A stretch of DNA of 64,000 nucleotides from Armatimonadetes bacterium DC (GTDB lineage: Bacteria > Armatimonadota > Fimbriimonadia > Fimbriimonadales > GBS-DC). Shown piece by piece: positions 29,909 to 39,326 of the stretch. Where the stretch lies: the NCBI GenBank assembly GCA_001442985.1, contig LDYB01000007.1, forward strand, positions 3,288 to 67,287. The letters are read 5' to 3'. Position 1 is the first letter of the stretch; each line of letters begins with the position of its first letter. The position numbers were made by a program, and so were the translations under genes. The notes beneath the pieces are model-generated. The model did not search any database. It saw nothing but the letters and a program-made list of their open reading frames with translations, and had not been told where the DNA came from.

Positions 29909-30484
29909 ATGAAGATGATATGGCGACAGAAGATACTGTGGGTAAGCACACTCACATTGGTTGTAACCGTCGGTATTGGACGCGGTGCACCCAATCTGTC
30001 ATACTCCACCAATGATGACCCGTGTCAGTGTTCGTCTGGCTGGCAGGTTAATAACCCTGTACAATTCATCCAAGACACTCCGCAAGGTCAACATGTACAT
30101 GAAAACCCACACTGCGATAGAAGTCTTCTTATACCAGAAGAGTGTGGATATACGCGTAAGCGCATAATAGGGGAATGGCGCTGTGGCGAAGGTGGGCGCT
30201 CTCACAGATGTAATAATATCCCCTGGTCGCTTACGGGCTCTGATGAGAGTTATCCAGTGTGCTTTCCGGCTGAGGGACTGGGGGCATGCACAGGTGTTAT
30301 ACACATATTTAACTTACACCAAGTAACCGTGAAGCAAGTCGCACGTTGTCCTGATACAGGAGCTTGTCGCGAGCGCATTCAGATTGATAGCATCCCGGAA
30401 AGGTTTACAATATCATACATCATACAGGATTGCCCATGCAAACCAGTACCAGAAGAGCCGGTCGTGGTTGTAATTTCACATTGA
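29909..30484 (+). CDS. Cys-rich secreted protein (12 Cys)
   Basis: Signal-peptide-like N-terminus; CxC motifs at both ends; RBS GGAGG. Confidence 0.7.
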   Translation: MKMIWRQKILWVSTLTLVVTVGIGRGAPNLSYSTNDDPCQCSSGWQVNNPVQFIQDTPQGQHVHENPHCDRSLLIPEECGYTRKRIIGEWRCGEGGRSHRCNNIPWSLTGSDESYPVCFPAEGLGACTGVIHIFNLHQVTVKQVARCPDTGACRERIQIDSIPERFTISYIIQDCPCKPVPEEPVVVVISH

Positions 30485-30500
30485 TCTGGAGGGACATACA

Positions 30501-31700
30501 ATGCTGAAAACGATTACTTTATGGGCATCCATGCTGCTTGTCGCATCGAACCTGATGGCTCAGTCTCCAATTATTGTAGTGGGTGCGGTAAGTGATCATG
30601 AGCGTCAGTACGCTGTCGAGTTGTTGCGGGCTGTCGAAATTGAGCGAATCCAGCAGTTTCACGCGTTTCAGCAACGCGCGAAGCAACTGGGCTTTGTTGT
30701 GGAGGCTCATGGGAACTACTGGTTCGTTCTGCCGCGGAGTATTGGACCCGACAGCATCTATGGCTATGCTGCGGCACTGCTGCGTGGGTTGAAAGAGCTG
30801 TCCTCAGTGCCCGGTACCTTTCGCGTGGATGACCTCCCAGCCCCAGCGCGCGAAGCCTGTAGGGAGTTGCTGCTTCGTATCGGAGAACTTGCCCTTAGCA
30901 GCTTTCAACCCGAGTTGCAGCAATCCCTGCAAAGCGCTCTTGGACAGGCAGTAGAACAAAAGCCGTTAGCGCTCTCACTTATGGAAAAGAACCAGCTATC
31001 GATCTCGATCCATGTTGCCTTGCGTCCCCAGATAGGTATTGGTGAGCATTCACTGCGCATTCCCCCGATTGTCCTCTTTGTTCCGCGCTCTTCACCGCTT
31101 CCCGCGGATCTTCAAGCCCGAGTCGAACAGCTGCTTGCATCCCAAGAAACGGCTACCTCGCCCTTGCCCAGCCATCGTGAGCGTGATTCGGCTTTGCAGA
31201 CGCTGCCGCTGCCCGCTGCTTGGAGCCAAGCGGCGAAGGAGTTACGCGAGCGTCGTGGCGTGGCTTTTGCTCATCTCGATCTCTACTTCTCCAAAACGCT
31301 AACACCTTCTGAGGCAGCTCAGGTTGGGCAGGAGTACCTTCGGCGCCTCGAACACCAGGCACTGCAAGCACAGGGGTCATTCAAAAATGCTTTGCGTGAT
31401 CTTGTAGAGCATTGGGCAGCTCAAAATGCCTTTTTGAAAGAAAACCTTCCACCCTTTGGGCGAATTCCATTCAACAAGCTTTCCTCCTACCTCCAGCACC
31501 AATTGATGGACATGCTGAGAGGTTATAAGGGTGATACTGCTCTCCTATCGCAAATTCAAAACAGCGGCTGGTTCCAGCTCTCGCCCAACGACATAGATAT
31601 TGTTATCAGCTATCCCACCCGAGCAATCCCATTACCCAATATGGAGGACCTTGTCATTTATGACTGGAGAGGTTATTTGCTCACCGATCTCATGCGGTGA
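30501..31700 (+). CDS. Hypothetical secreted helical protein
   Basis: Signal peptide 'MLKTITLWASMLLVASNLMA'; no recognised domain. Confidence 0.7.
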   Translation: MLKTITLWASMLLVASNLMAQSPIIVVGAVSDHERQYAVELLRAVEIERIQQFHAFQQRAKQLGFVVEAHGNYWFVLPRSIGPDSIYGYAAALLRGLKELSSVPGTFRVDDLPAPAREACRELLLRIGELALSSFQPELQQSLQSALGQAVEQKPLALSLMEKNQLSISIHVALRPQIGIGEHSLRIPPIVLFVPRSSPLPADLQARVEQLLASQETATSPLPSHRERDSALQTLPLPAAWSQAAKELRERRGVAFAHLDLYFSKTLTPSEAAQVGQEYLRRLEHQALQAQGSFKNALRDLVEHWAAQNAFLKENLPPFGRIPFNKLSSYLQHQLMDMLRGYKGDTALLSQIQNSGWFQLSPNDIDIVISYPTRAIPLPNMEDLVIYDWRGYLLTDLMR

Positions 31701-31777
31701 ACAGAGACTCAGCTCGAAAACATGGAGTGGTCCTTTGGCGAGGCGTTAAGCGAGTGGGCTAAACTGATGGAGGAGGT

Positions 31778-31970
31778 ATGAGGCGAGGAATACGCAGAGT
31801 GCTTCCCGAGTAGAGGAAGCGAGTGCACCTATGACGGTTTTGGCGAGATCAAGGTGCAGTGGACAGAACAGGCCACTTGTGTGCCGAGCCGTCAGGTTTG
31901 CAAATGCGGTTCATTCAGTAGGTTGGATTTCCCTATAGTGGGAACAAACATTGTGAGGAAGTGCCAATGA
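31778..31970 (+). pseudogene. Frameshifted or deleted third Cys-rich peptide gene
   Basis: GGAGGAGGT-ATG gives MRRGIRRVLPE*; the +1 frame reads 'ECFPSRGSECTY...TCVPSRQVCKC...RKCQ*' (6 Cys). Confidence 0.55.
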
Positions 31971-32147
31971 AACAAATTGATCTGAGTCAGTGGTTAGTCG
32001 CTTGCTATCAATCCTTCGCCCGTCGGATCGGGTTGACAGGGCTGGTGGGATTGTTGCTATGCTGCTGCGCTTTCGGAGAGGGGAGGGCACCCTCCCCGAC
32101 ATACTACGATGCTCGGGAGCGCGCTGCCGCTGCACTGACATTTGAGT
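31967..32147 (+). pseudogene. 5' fragment of a secreted partner protein, cut at the island boundary
   Basis: ATGA overlap with the Cys-rich remnant; signal peptide; reading frame runs into the 38-bp repeat. Confidence 0.5.
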
Positions 32148-32185
32148 CACATTGTCTCACCCTGCGGTTGCAGTTGTCAATTAGT
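32148..32185. repeat. 38-bp direct repeat, right island boundary
   Basis: Exact copy of 23343-23380. Confidence 0.95.
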
Positions 32186-32235
32186 GTACCCAGTCGCGAG
32201 GGGTTGCACAAGCGGCGTGCCTGTTTCTCTGGGCT

Positions 32236-33138
32236 TTACCGTCTTGTTGCGGGTAGCCCCACGCGCCATTCTTTCTGGAGCAGGGGGAAACCTTCCGCCT
32301 CGCGCTTCTCCAGATATTTGAGGCAGCAGGCGCGCGCCAGAGTGCGAATGCGCTGAATATAACTGGCACGCTCCGTAACCGAGATGCTCCCCCGCGCGTC
32401 CAGTAGATTGAAGATGTGGGAGCACTTCAGGGCGAGATCAAACGCCGGGTGAACCCAGCCTTTCTCCACGATACGGGCGCTCTCTTTTTCGTACATCTCG
32501 AACAGGCGGAACAGCATTTCGGTATCCGCCTCTTCAAAGTTGTAATAGTTATGCTCCAGCTCGGCAAGGTAGTCCACATCGGCGTAGGTAATGCCGCGCC
32601 CCCATTCCAGTTCCCATACGCTGTTTTTCTTTTGCAACAGCATGCAGAGCCGTTCGGGACCGTAGGTAATCTCGGCGCACACGGGGTCGCACTCGATGCC
32701 GCCCACCTGCTGAAAGTAGGTGAACTGGGTGATTTCGGTGCCGTTGAGCCACACCTCCCAGCCAACGCCCGACGCCCCCAGGGTGGGCGCCTCCCAGTCG
32801 TCCTCGACGAAGCGGATGTCATGTTCGCTGGGTTCGATTCCAATCGCACGCAGACTTTCCAGATAGACATCCACCACATCGTCGGGCGAAGGCTTCAGTA
32901 TCACCTGATACTGGTAGTAATGCTGGAGGCGCATCGGGTTGCGTGCGTAGCGCCCGTCGGCGGGGCGCCGCGAAGGTTGCACATAGGCGACATACCATGG
33001 CTCTGGTCCCAGCGCCCGCAGAGTGGTGTAGGGCGCCATCGTGCCTGCGCCAACCTCCACATCGTAGGGCTGCAGGATTAAACAGCCGTAATCCGCCCAG
33101 AACTGTTCCAGCCGAAAGAGCAGCTCCTGAAAAGTCAT
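32236..33138 (-). CDS. glyQ: Glycine--tRNA ligase alpha subunit
   Basis: '[11 protein letters not shown]', '[11 protein letters not shown]', 'GWEVW', 'EITYGPERL', '[11 protein letters not shown]'. Confidence 0.97.
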   Translation of the reverse strand: MTFQELLFRLEQFWADYGCLILQPYDVEVGAGTMAPYTTLRALGPEPWYVAYVQPSRRPADGRYARNPMRLQHYYQYQVILKPSPDDVVDVYLESLRAIGIEPSEHDIRFVEDDWEAPTLGASGVGWEVWLNGTEITQFTYFQQVGGIECDPVCAEITYGPERLCMLLQKKNSVWELEWGRGITYADVDYLAELEHNYYNFEEADTEMLFRLFEMYEKESARIVEKGWVHPAFDLALKCSHIFNLLDARGSISVTERASYIQRIRTLARACCLKYLEKREAEGFPLLQKEWRVGLPATRR

Positions 33139-33144
33139 CGCCGA

Positions 33145-34179
33145 TTAGTGTACCCCAAGCGCGTCGGAAACCGCACGGAATGCGCGGATAGCATGTTCGA
33201 TGCCTGCGTCATCTACATCATGATGCGTTACGAGGCGTAGGCGGTGAGGGTCTAAAGCGAGGCACAGCACCCCATGCTCCGCCAGCCGACGCTCCACTTC
33301 GGGCGCAGGGGCCACGGTTTCCACATAGACCATATTGGTCTGGACGGTTTCAAGGTCTACGCGGAAGCCGCGCATTTCGGCAATCGCTTCGGCGAGGCGT
33401 CGGGCGCGTCGGTGGTCTTCGGCGAGGCGGTCAATCATCGTGTCCAGCGCTACCAGACACGCCGCCGCCAGCACGCCTACCTGGCGCATGCCCCCACCGA
33501 ACAGTTTGCGCACGCGATGCGCCTCCTGAATAAACGCCCTGGACCCCACAAGCGCCGACCCGATGGGACAGCACAGCCCTTTGGAGAACGCCACCATCAC
33601 CGAGTCCGCATAGCGCGTCCATACCTGTGGCGAGACGCCCAGCGCGACGCTTGCGTTAAACAGGCGCGCCCCGTCCAAGTGAATCCGCAACCCGTGTGAA
33701 TCGGCGATCTGGCGTAGCACGGGCATCTGCTCCGGCGGCAAAATTGTGCCCCCACAACGGTTATGGGTGTTTTCAATACACAGCAGGCGCGTGCCGGGCG
33801 TATGGTCGTCGGCGATGCGGATACGGCGCCGAATCGCTTCGGGGTCTATGCGCCCGTGCGGAATGGGGTAGGTGTCCATCTGCACGCCCGACAACACTGC
33901 AGGACCCGCCAGCTCGTAGTGCAGAATATGGCTCTCCTCGTCCACAAGGATGGCGTCCATCGGTTGTGTCCAGACCTTGATGGCAATCTCGTTTGCCATC
34001 GTGCCGGTGGGGGTGAACAGCGCCGCCTCGTGTCCGAGCATTTCGGCGACGCGCTCCTGCAGGCGGTTGACAGTGGGGTCTTCGCCGAACACATCATCGC
34101 CAACTTCTGCGTTTGCCATCGCCTGACGCATGGCGGGTGTTGGGTGGGTTACGGTGTCGGAACGCAAGTCTACGCGCAT
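33145..34179 (-). CDS. ltaE: Low-specificity L-threonine aldolase
   Basis: 'DLRSDTVT', 'GDDVFGEDP', 'ENTHN', 'HLDGAR', 'SKGL', 'GGGMRQ'. Confidence 0.95.
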   Translation of the reverse strand: MRVDLRSDTVTHPTPAMRQAMANAEVGDDVFGEDPTVNRLQERVAEMLGHEAALFTPTGTMANEIAIKVWTQPMDAILVDEESHILHYELAGPAVLSGVQMDTYPIPHGRIDPEAIRRRIRIADDHTPGTRLLCIENTHNRCGGTILPPEQMPVLRQIADSHGLRIHLDGARLFNASVALGVSPQVWTRYADSVMVAFSKGLCCPIGSALVGSRAFIQEAHRVRKLFGGGMRQVGVLAAACLVALDTMIDRLAEDHRRARRLAEAIAEMRGFRVDLETVQTNMVYVETVAPAPEVERRLAEHGVLCLALDPHRLRLVTHHDVDDAGIEHAIRAFRAVSDALGVH

Positions 34180-34205
34180 AGCCTTCAGATTCGTGCGTTG
34201 CCTCG

Positions 34206-35096
34206 TTATCCCTGCTGAACGGGCGCGGCATCACGCACAGCGTCCAGACACACGGCGAGCCACTCCAGCGCGTCGGCGAGGCGCGGGCTGGGGCAGCTGA
34301 AGTAGGCGATTCCCTCGGTGATGAAGATATGCCCCGCACGCACGGCAGGGAGCGTGTGCCAGCCCGGTTGCGCTTCCAGCAGCGGCATATCCTGAAGCGT
34401 GCGCTCGATGGAGTAGCCGCAGCAGGCAATCACAATCGCTTCGGGCTGCCACGCCAGCACCTCGTCCCACGCAAGTCGGCGCGAAGGCTTACCGGGTTCG
34501 CCGTGCCCCTCCACACCGCCTGCCAGCGCCACCATCTCCGGGATCCAGTGCCCGCAGGCAAAGGGCGGGGCGATCCACTCCAGAAACGAGACTTTGACGC
34601 GCGGTCTGTTTTGAGAGCGTTCGGCGACGCGCTCCACACGGCTCCAGAACTGCTGTGCCAGCGTGCGCCCGCGCTCAGGCACGCCCGCCGCTTCTGCTAC
34701 CTGCAAAAAGGTGTCTACCACTCCCTGAAGCGTGGTCGGCTCCAGATTGAGAACTTTTGCTTTCGGCTGAAGCACAGCGATGGCTTCCTGCACCGTGTTG
34801 AAGGGCACCGCGCACACGGAGCAGAGCGCCTGCGTGAGAATCAAATCGGGCTGGAGCGCCTGAAGCAGTTCCAGATCGAGCGTGTAGAGGGTGGCGTGGG
34901 TCATCAGTGTTTCCGACACGAGGCGGTCAATTTCGTGGCTGGGCAGGTCGGGCGGAATCAGGCTGCGCGTGACGACGGGGCGGTCTAAAATGGTGGGCGG
35001 GTAGAGGCACTCGTGGCTTCGCCCCACCAGATGCTCTTCCAGCCCCAGCGCGCACACGATTTCCGTGGCGCTCGGCAGCAGCGACACGATGCGCAT
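34206..35096 (-). CDS. Cobalamin/iron-siderophore-type binding protein (BtuF-like)
   Basis: '[12 protein letters not shown]', 'SHEC.YP', '[15 protein letters not shown]', 'GHWIPEM'. Confidence 0.85.
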   Translation of the reverse strand: MRIVSLLPSATEIVCALGLEEHLVGRSHECLYPPTILDRPVVTRSLIPPDLPSHEIDRLVSETLMTHATLYTLDLELLQALQPDLILTQALCSVCAVPFNTVQEAIAVLQPKAKVLNLEPTTLQGVVDTFLQVAEAAGVPERGRTLAQQFWSRVERVAERSQNRPRVKVSFLEWIAPPFACGHWIPEMVALAGGVEGHGEPGKPSRRLAWDEVLAWQPEAIVIACCGYSIERTLQDMPLLEAQPGWHTLPAVRAGHIFITEGIAYFSCPSPRLADALEWLAVCLDAVRDAAPVQQG

Positions 35097-35192
35097 GGTT
35101 GGCAGTATACCTCAGCCGCCAGAGATTACCAGAATCTCGCGTAATAGAGTTCGTGTCAGCACAAAGCCCAAGTAGAGGTACAATTCAAAGCG

Positions 35193-36521
35193 ATGATCAC
35201 TCGTCTGCAGATTGAGAACTTTAAGTCATGGAAGCAGGCGGATTTGCCCTTCGGCAAAATAACTGCCTTCTTCGGGGCAAACAGCTCGGGCAAGACCAGC
35301 ATCCTGCAGCTCCTCTTACTACTAAGGCAGACGGTGGACTGGCCCGACCCCTCCATCCCGCTCTTTCTTGGCGACCGGGAGAGCCTTGTGGATTTGGGAA
35401 CCTTCTACGACCTGATTCATCAGCACAATCTATCTGAAACCCTGCGCTGGCGATTGGAGTGGCAGATTAAGCCGCGCAAGCTGTTTGGCATCAAAAATGT
35501 CCAGCGTATCGAGCATTCAGCAGAAATAGGTTGGGAAGGCGTTGGGCAGTCGGGGCGCATGGTTGTGCGCGCTCTCAGCTACCGATTCGATGGGCGCCAA
35601 GTTAGCTACCTGCGTACAGAGAAAGGGTACGATGTTCGGTCGGAACCACCGCAGTTGCTTGCGCGTTCTCCCGGACGCCCGCCCGTGCATAGAGAACCCA
35701 TCAATTGTTACGGCTTTCCCGACTCGGTGCGGATTGCTTTTCAGAACGCTGAGCCGCTGTTCGAACTGGCATACGAACTGACCAGCCTTGCCCAGCGGAT
35801 TTACTACCTCGGTCCCTTGCGGGAGTATCCCCAGCGCCAATACCTCTGGTCAGGAGCGGAACCAAGCGATGTGGGCATGCGCGGCGAAAATACAATTGCT
35901 GCACTTCTGACTTCACGCCGGCATGGCAAAAAGATTCCCCGCAAAAAACGACACTCCCAGACGGTGGAGGAAGCCGTTGCAGAGCAGCTCAAGAAACTGG
36001 GCGTGATCTATTCGTTCGATGTGAGAACGATTGCCGAAGGCAGTCGCCTCTACGAGGTCAAGGTGCGTCTTGCGCCCCAATCGCCCGAAGTGTCGCTGGT
36101 CGATGTGGGGTTCGGGGTTTCGCAGATGCTGCCCGTGATAACCCTCTGTTATTTTGTGCCAAAAGGTTCTGTTGTCATCCTGGAGCAGCCCGAGATTCAC
36201 CTGCACCCTGCTGTGCAGATGCGACTCGCGGATGTCCTCATCGACGCGGTGCAAAGAAACGGCATCCAGATTGTTCTCGAAAGCCATAGCGAACACTTGT
36301 TGACGCGCTTGCAGCGCCGTGTCGCTGAAGGGAAAATCTCCCACGAAGATGTGAAGCTCTATTTTTGCCAGTTTGACGGGCAAAAGTCTATTGCAGAGCC
36401 GCTTGCGCTCGATGTGTACGGTCAAATTTCCAACTGGCCTGCAGATTTCTTTGGCGACCTGATGACCGAAGCGATAGAAACCCAAAAAGCACGCATCCAG
36501 AGAATGAAGAATGAAAAGTAA
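35193..36521 (+). CDS. ABC-type (AAA_15/AAA_21) ATPase with DUF3696-like C-terminus
   Basis: Walker A 'GANSSGKTS', 'VGFGVSQ', Walker B 'ILEQPEIHLHP', 'ESHSEH', tail 'GQISNWPADFFGD'. Confidence 0.88.
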   Translation: MITRLQIENFKSWKQADLPFGKITAFFGANSSGKTSILQLLLLLRQTVDWPDPSIPLFLGDRESLVDLGTFYDLIHQHNLSETLRWRLEWQIKPRKLFGIKNVQRIEHSAEIGWEGVGQSGRMVVRALSYRFDGRQVSYLRTEKGYDVRSEPPQLLARSPGRPPVHREPINCYGFPDSVRIAFQNAEPLFELAYELTSLAQRIYYLGPLREYPQRQYLWSGAEPSDVGMRGENTIAALLTSRRHGKKIPRKKRHSQTVEEAVAEQLKKLGVIYSFDVRTIAEGSRLYEVKVRLAPQSPEVSLVDVGFGVSQMLPVITLCYFVPKGSVVILEQPEIHLHPAVQMRLADVLIDAVQRNGIQIVLESHSEHLLTRLQRRVAEGKISHEDVKLYFCQFDGQKSIAEPLALDVYGQISNWPADFFGDLMTEAIETQKARIQRMKNEK

Positions 36522-37032
36522 AGCATTGACTTCTGTCGTAGTGATAGATACAAATGTGTTATATGCTGCCGACGACTTCACCGATCCCAACTGTCAGGCT
36601 ACCTGTTTGCAGAAAGTAGAAGCGGTTCGGGAAGGCAAACTACGGATTGCTCTCGACACATACGGATATATCCTTGAGGAATATGCGCGGAACACCCGAA
36701 CACTTGACAACACAAGCGTGAGAAAGCAATTTGTCAACTGGCTACGCGGGTACCTGTATACCCGGTGCCTGATTGTAGACCCGCAACCGACGGACGAATC
36801 GCGCGTCAACTTCAGATTGTTTCCAGCTGCGCTTGAGCATGCCAATTTCCATCAGGACGACAGGAAGTTCGTCGCCGTTGCGATTGCTGCCCAGCAGGCA
36901 ACGGGGCAAACGGTGCCCATTCTGAACGCAATTGATTCGGATTGGTGTCATCATTACGCTTTGCTTCTGCAGAACGGCATTCAAGTGCATTTTCTGTGCC
37001 CTGACCGAATGCCCTCCGACGAGTGCCGTTAG
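36511..37032 (+). CDS. PIN-domain putative nuclease
   Basis: 'VVIDTNVL', 'ILEEY', 'DDRKFVAVA', 'DSDW' acidic tetrad; overlaps the ATPase stop. Confidence 0.78.
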   Translation: MKSKALTSVVVIDTNVLYAADDFTDPNCQATCLQKVEAVREGKLRIALDTYGYILEEYARNTRTLDNTSVRKQFVNWLRGYLYTRCLIVDPQPTDESRVNFRLFPAALEHANFHQDDRKFVAVAIAAQQATGQTVPILNAIDSDWCHHYALLLQNGIQVHFLCPDRMPSDECR

Positions 37033-39326
37033 TCATCAGATGCGCGATACAACAGCAGGCGCAGTCCGTTCAGCACCACCAGCAGCGTGCTGCCCTCGTG
37101 TCCCACAACGCCAAACGGCAGGCGCAGCCCCGCTGTAAAGGTGGCAATCACCAGCGCCACAATCACGCCTGTGGCAAACACGATATTTTGCACCAGCACG
37201 CGCATGGCGTAGCGGCTCAGCCCGAAGGCGTAAGGCAGGTTCAGCAGGTCGTTCCCCACGAGCGCGACATCGGCGGTTTCCAGCGCGACATCGGTGCCCG
37301 CGCCCATCGCAATACCCACTTCCGCAGAGGCGAGCGCAGGCGCGTCGTTGACCCCATCGCCCACCATCGCCACGCGCCCGTACTCCTGCGTGAGCTGCTG
37401 GAGCACTTCCAGCTTCTCGTGGGGCAGCAGGTCGGCATACACCCTGTCGATGCCTACCTGCTTCGCGATTGCCTGCGCAATTGGCTCGGCGTCTCCGGTG
37501 AGCATCACAATCTGGCGGATGCCAAGCGCTTTGAGCTGGCGGATTGCCTGCTTCGCGTTCGGACGCAGGCGGTCCGCCGCGGCGACCACCGCCACCGCTT
37601 CACCGTTCACCCAGACCACCATCGCGGTCTTGCCTTGCTGGCGGAGGGCGTGAACGGTCTGGACTACCTGTTCGCTCAGCTCGCCTTCTTCAAACAGGCG
37701 CAGGTTGCCAATTTTCACGGCGACTCCCTGACGCTGGGCGATGACCCCTTTGCCCGGCACCGCCTGAAACGACTCTATGGGCTGGGGCTGGACACCGCGC
37801 TCGGTCGCTGCCTGCACCAGCGCCTGCGCCAGCGGATGCTCCGAAAGCGACTCCACATCGGCAATCACCTGCCACACCTCGCGCTCTGGCGTGTTGCCTA
37901 TCAGCACGAGGTCGGTGAAACGCAGCTTGCCCTCCGTCAGCGTGCCCGTTTTGTCGATAGCGACTGCCCTAACGCTCGCGAGGCGTTCAATCGGTTCGCC
38001 GCCTTTGAAGAGGATTCCGTGCCGTGCGCCGTTGGCAATTGCGCTGAGCAGGGTGGCAGGCGTGCTAATCACCAGCGCGCATGGCGAGGCGACCACCAGC
38101 AGGGTCATGGCGCGATAGAACGCCTCGCTCCACGCCCAGCCGAGCAGGGGCAAGCCGAGCGCCACCAGCGTCGCGCCGCCAATCACCACAAACGCATACC
38201 GCTGCTCAAACCGTTCCAGCCAGCGCTGGGTACGCGCCTTCTGCTCCTGCGCCTGCTCCACCAGACGCAAAATGCGATGGAGCAAGGTCTCCGTCGCCGG
38301 GTGGGTTACCTCAATCTCCAGCGTGCCGGTGGTGTTAATCGTGCCCGCATAGACCGTCGCGCCTTCGGTTTTATGCACGGGGAGCGACTCGCCCGTGATG
38401 GGCGACTGATCCACATGGGATTCACCCCGAAGCACTTTGCCGTCGACGGGGATGCGCTCGCCGGGGCGAATCAGCACGCGGTCGCCCACCTGAAGTGCCT
38501 CTACGGGCACGGTTTCCGTGCCCTCTGAGGTGAGGCGCGTGGCGGTTTCGGGCTGGAGCGCCATCAGGGCGCGGACTGCCTTGCGGCTGCGTGCCAGCGC
38601 GTAGCTCTGAAGCGTGTTGGAGAGCGAGAACAGGAACAGCAAAGTGGCGCCTTCGGGCGCTTCGCCCACAATCGCCGCGCCAATCGCTGCCAGCACCATC
38701 AGCAGGTTCACATCCACCTGACGCTGGCGCAGGGTGTTAATCCCGTCCAGCACGCCGAAGTAGCCCCCGCTGAGATATGCCAGCGCATACGCCGCCATCG
38801 CCAGCTGGCTCCAGCCCTGCCAGTTCGCCAGAGCGCCCAGCAGAATCATCGCCAGGTTGATAGCGGTCAGCACGGGTTCCCAGAAGGGGCGGCTTTTCCA
38901 GCGTGGGGCGGGCTGTTCCAGCACTCGCACGCGACGCAGGAGGGTCTGCGTCGTGCCGATGGGTGGCTCCACCTGCTCGACGGTCAGCACCTGCCCGTCA
39001 AACGAGGCACGGTAGAGCGTGCCGTTCACGCGCCACTGCTTGCCGTGCTGGGCGACGCTGGGACATGCTTCGCAGATGCCTTTTACAGGGTCGCGCAGGG
39101 CACAGGTGGGGATACGGGCGCCCAGCTCGCGAAGCACAGGCTCACTGAGTTGCGCTGCCTGCTCCGCGCTTAGCAGGGCAGGGTCATATTCCACTTCCAC
39201 AAGGTCGTTGCGATAGTCGTATCGCAGGCGGCGCAGCCCGCCCTGCTGGAGCAGACTCTTCGCCATCTCATCTGAACATGAGTTCGCTTCAGCACGACGC
39301 TTCCGAATCGTGGCAATCCATCTCAT
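37029..39326 (-). CDS. Heavy-metal P1B-4-type ATPase
   Basis: 'TGES', 'SPC', 'DKTGT', 'SEHPL', 'GDGVND', 'HEGST'; ATGA overlap with the methylase stop. Confidence 0.93.
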   Translation of the reverse strand: MRWIATIRKRRAEANSCSDEMAKSLLQQGGLRRLRYDYRNDLVEVEYDPALLSAEQAAQLSEPVLRELGARIPTCALRDPVKGICEACPSVAQHGKQWRVNGTLYRASFDGQVLTVEQVEPPIGTTQTLLRRVRVLEQPAPRWKSRPFWEPVLTAINLAMILLGALANWQGWSQLAMAAYALAYLSGGYFGVLDGINTLRQRQVDVNLLMVLAAIGAAIVGEAPEGATLLFLFSLSNTLQSYALARSRKAVRALMALQPETATRLTSEGTETVPVEALQVGDRVLIRPGERIPVDGKVLRGESHVDQSPITGESLPVHKTEGATVYAGTINTTGTLEIEVTHPATETLLHRILRLVEQAQEQKARTQRWLERFEQRYAFVVIGGATLVALGLPLLGWAWSEAFYRAMTLLVVASPCALVISTPATLLSAIANGARHGILFKGGEPIERLASVRAVAIDKTGTLTEGKLRFTDLVLIGNTPEREVWQVIADVESLSEHPLAQALVQAATERGVQPQPIESFQAVPGKGVIAQRQGVAVKIGNLRLFEEGELSEQVVQTVHALRQQGKTAMVVWVNGEAVAVVAAADRLRPNAKQAIRQLKALGIRQIVMLTGDAEPIAQAIAKQVGIDRVYADLLPHEKLEVLQQLTQEYGRVAMVGDGVNDAPALASAEVGIAMGAGTDVALETADVALVGNDLLNLPYAFGLSRYAMRVLVQNIVFATGVIVALVIATFTAGLRLPFGVVGHEGSTLLVVLNGLRLLLYRASDD

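Larger units (their letters stand above)
23343..32185. mobile_element. 8.8-kb inserted island without a recognisable integrase or transposase
   Basis: Flanked by exact 38-bp direct repeats; all genes on + strand inside a - strand gene run; cargo looks AT-richer by eye; truncated gene at the right end. Confidence 0.75.

Noticed and set aside
23381-32147. Prophage, ICE or integron interpretation of the island
   Set aside because: No integrase, structural, relaxase or conjugation genes, and no attC-like repeats seen between genes
23343-32185. 38-bp repeats as a CRISPR array or tRNA att site
   Set aside because: Only two copies 8.8 kb apart, no cas genes, and the sequence is a gene leader rather than tRNA-like
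35097-35192. Cobalamin riboswitch upstream of the BtuF-like gene
   Set aside because: The intergenic region is short, the gene looks leaderless and no B12-box was seen
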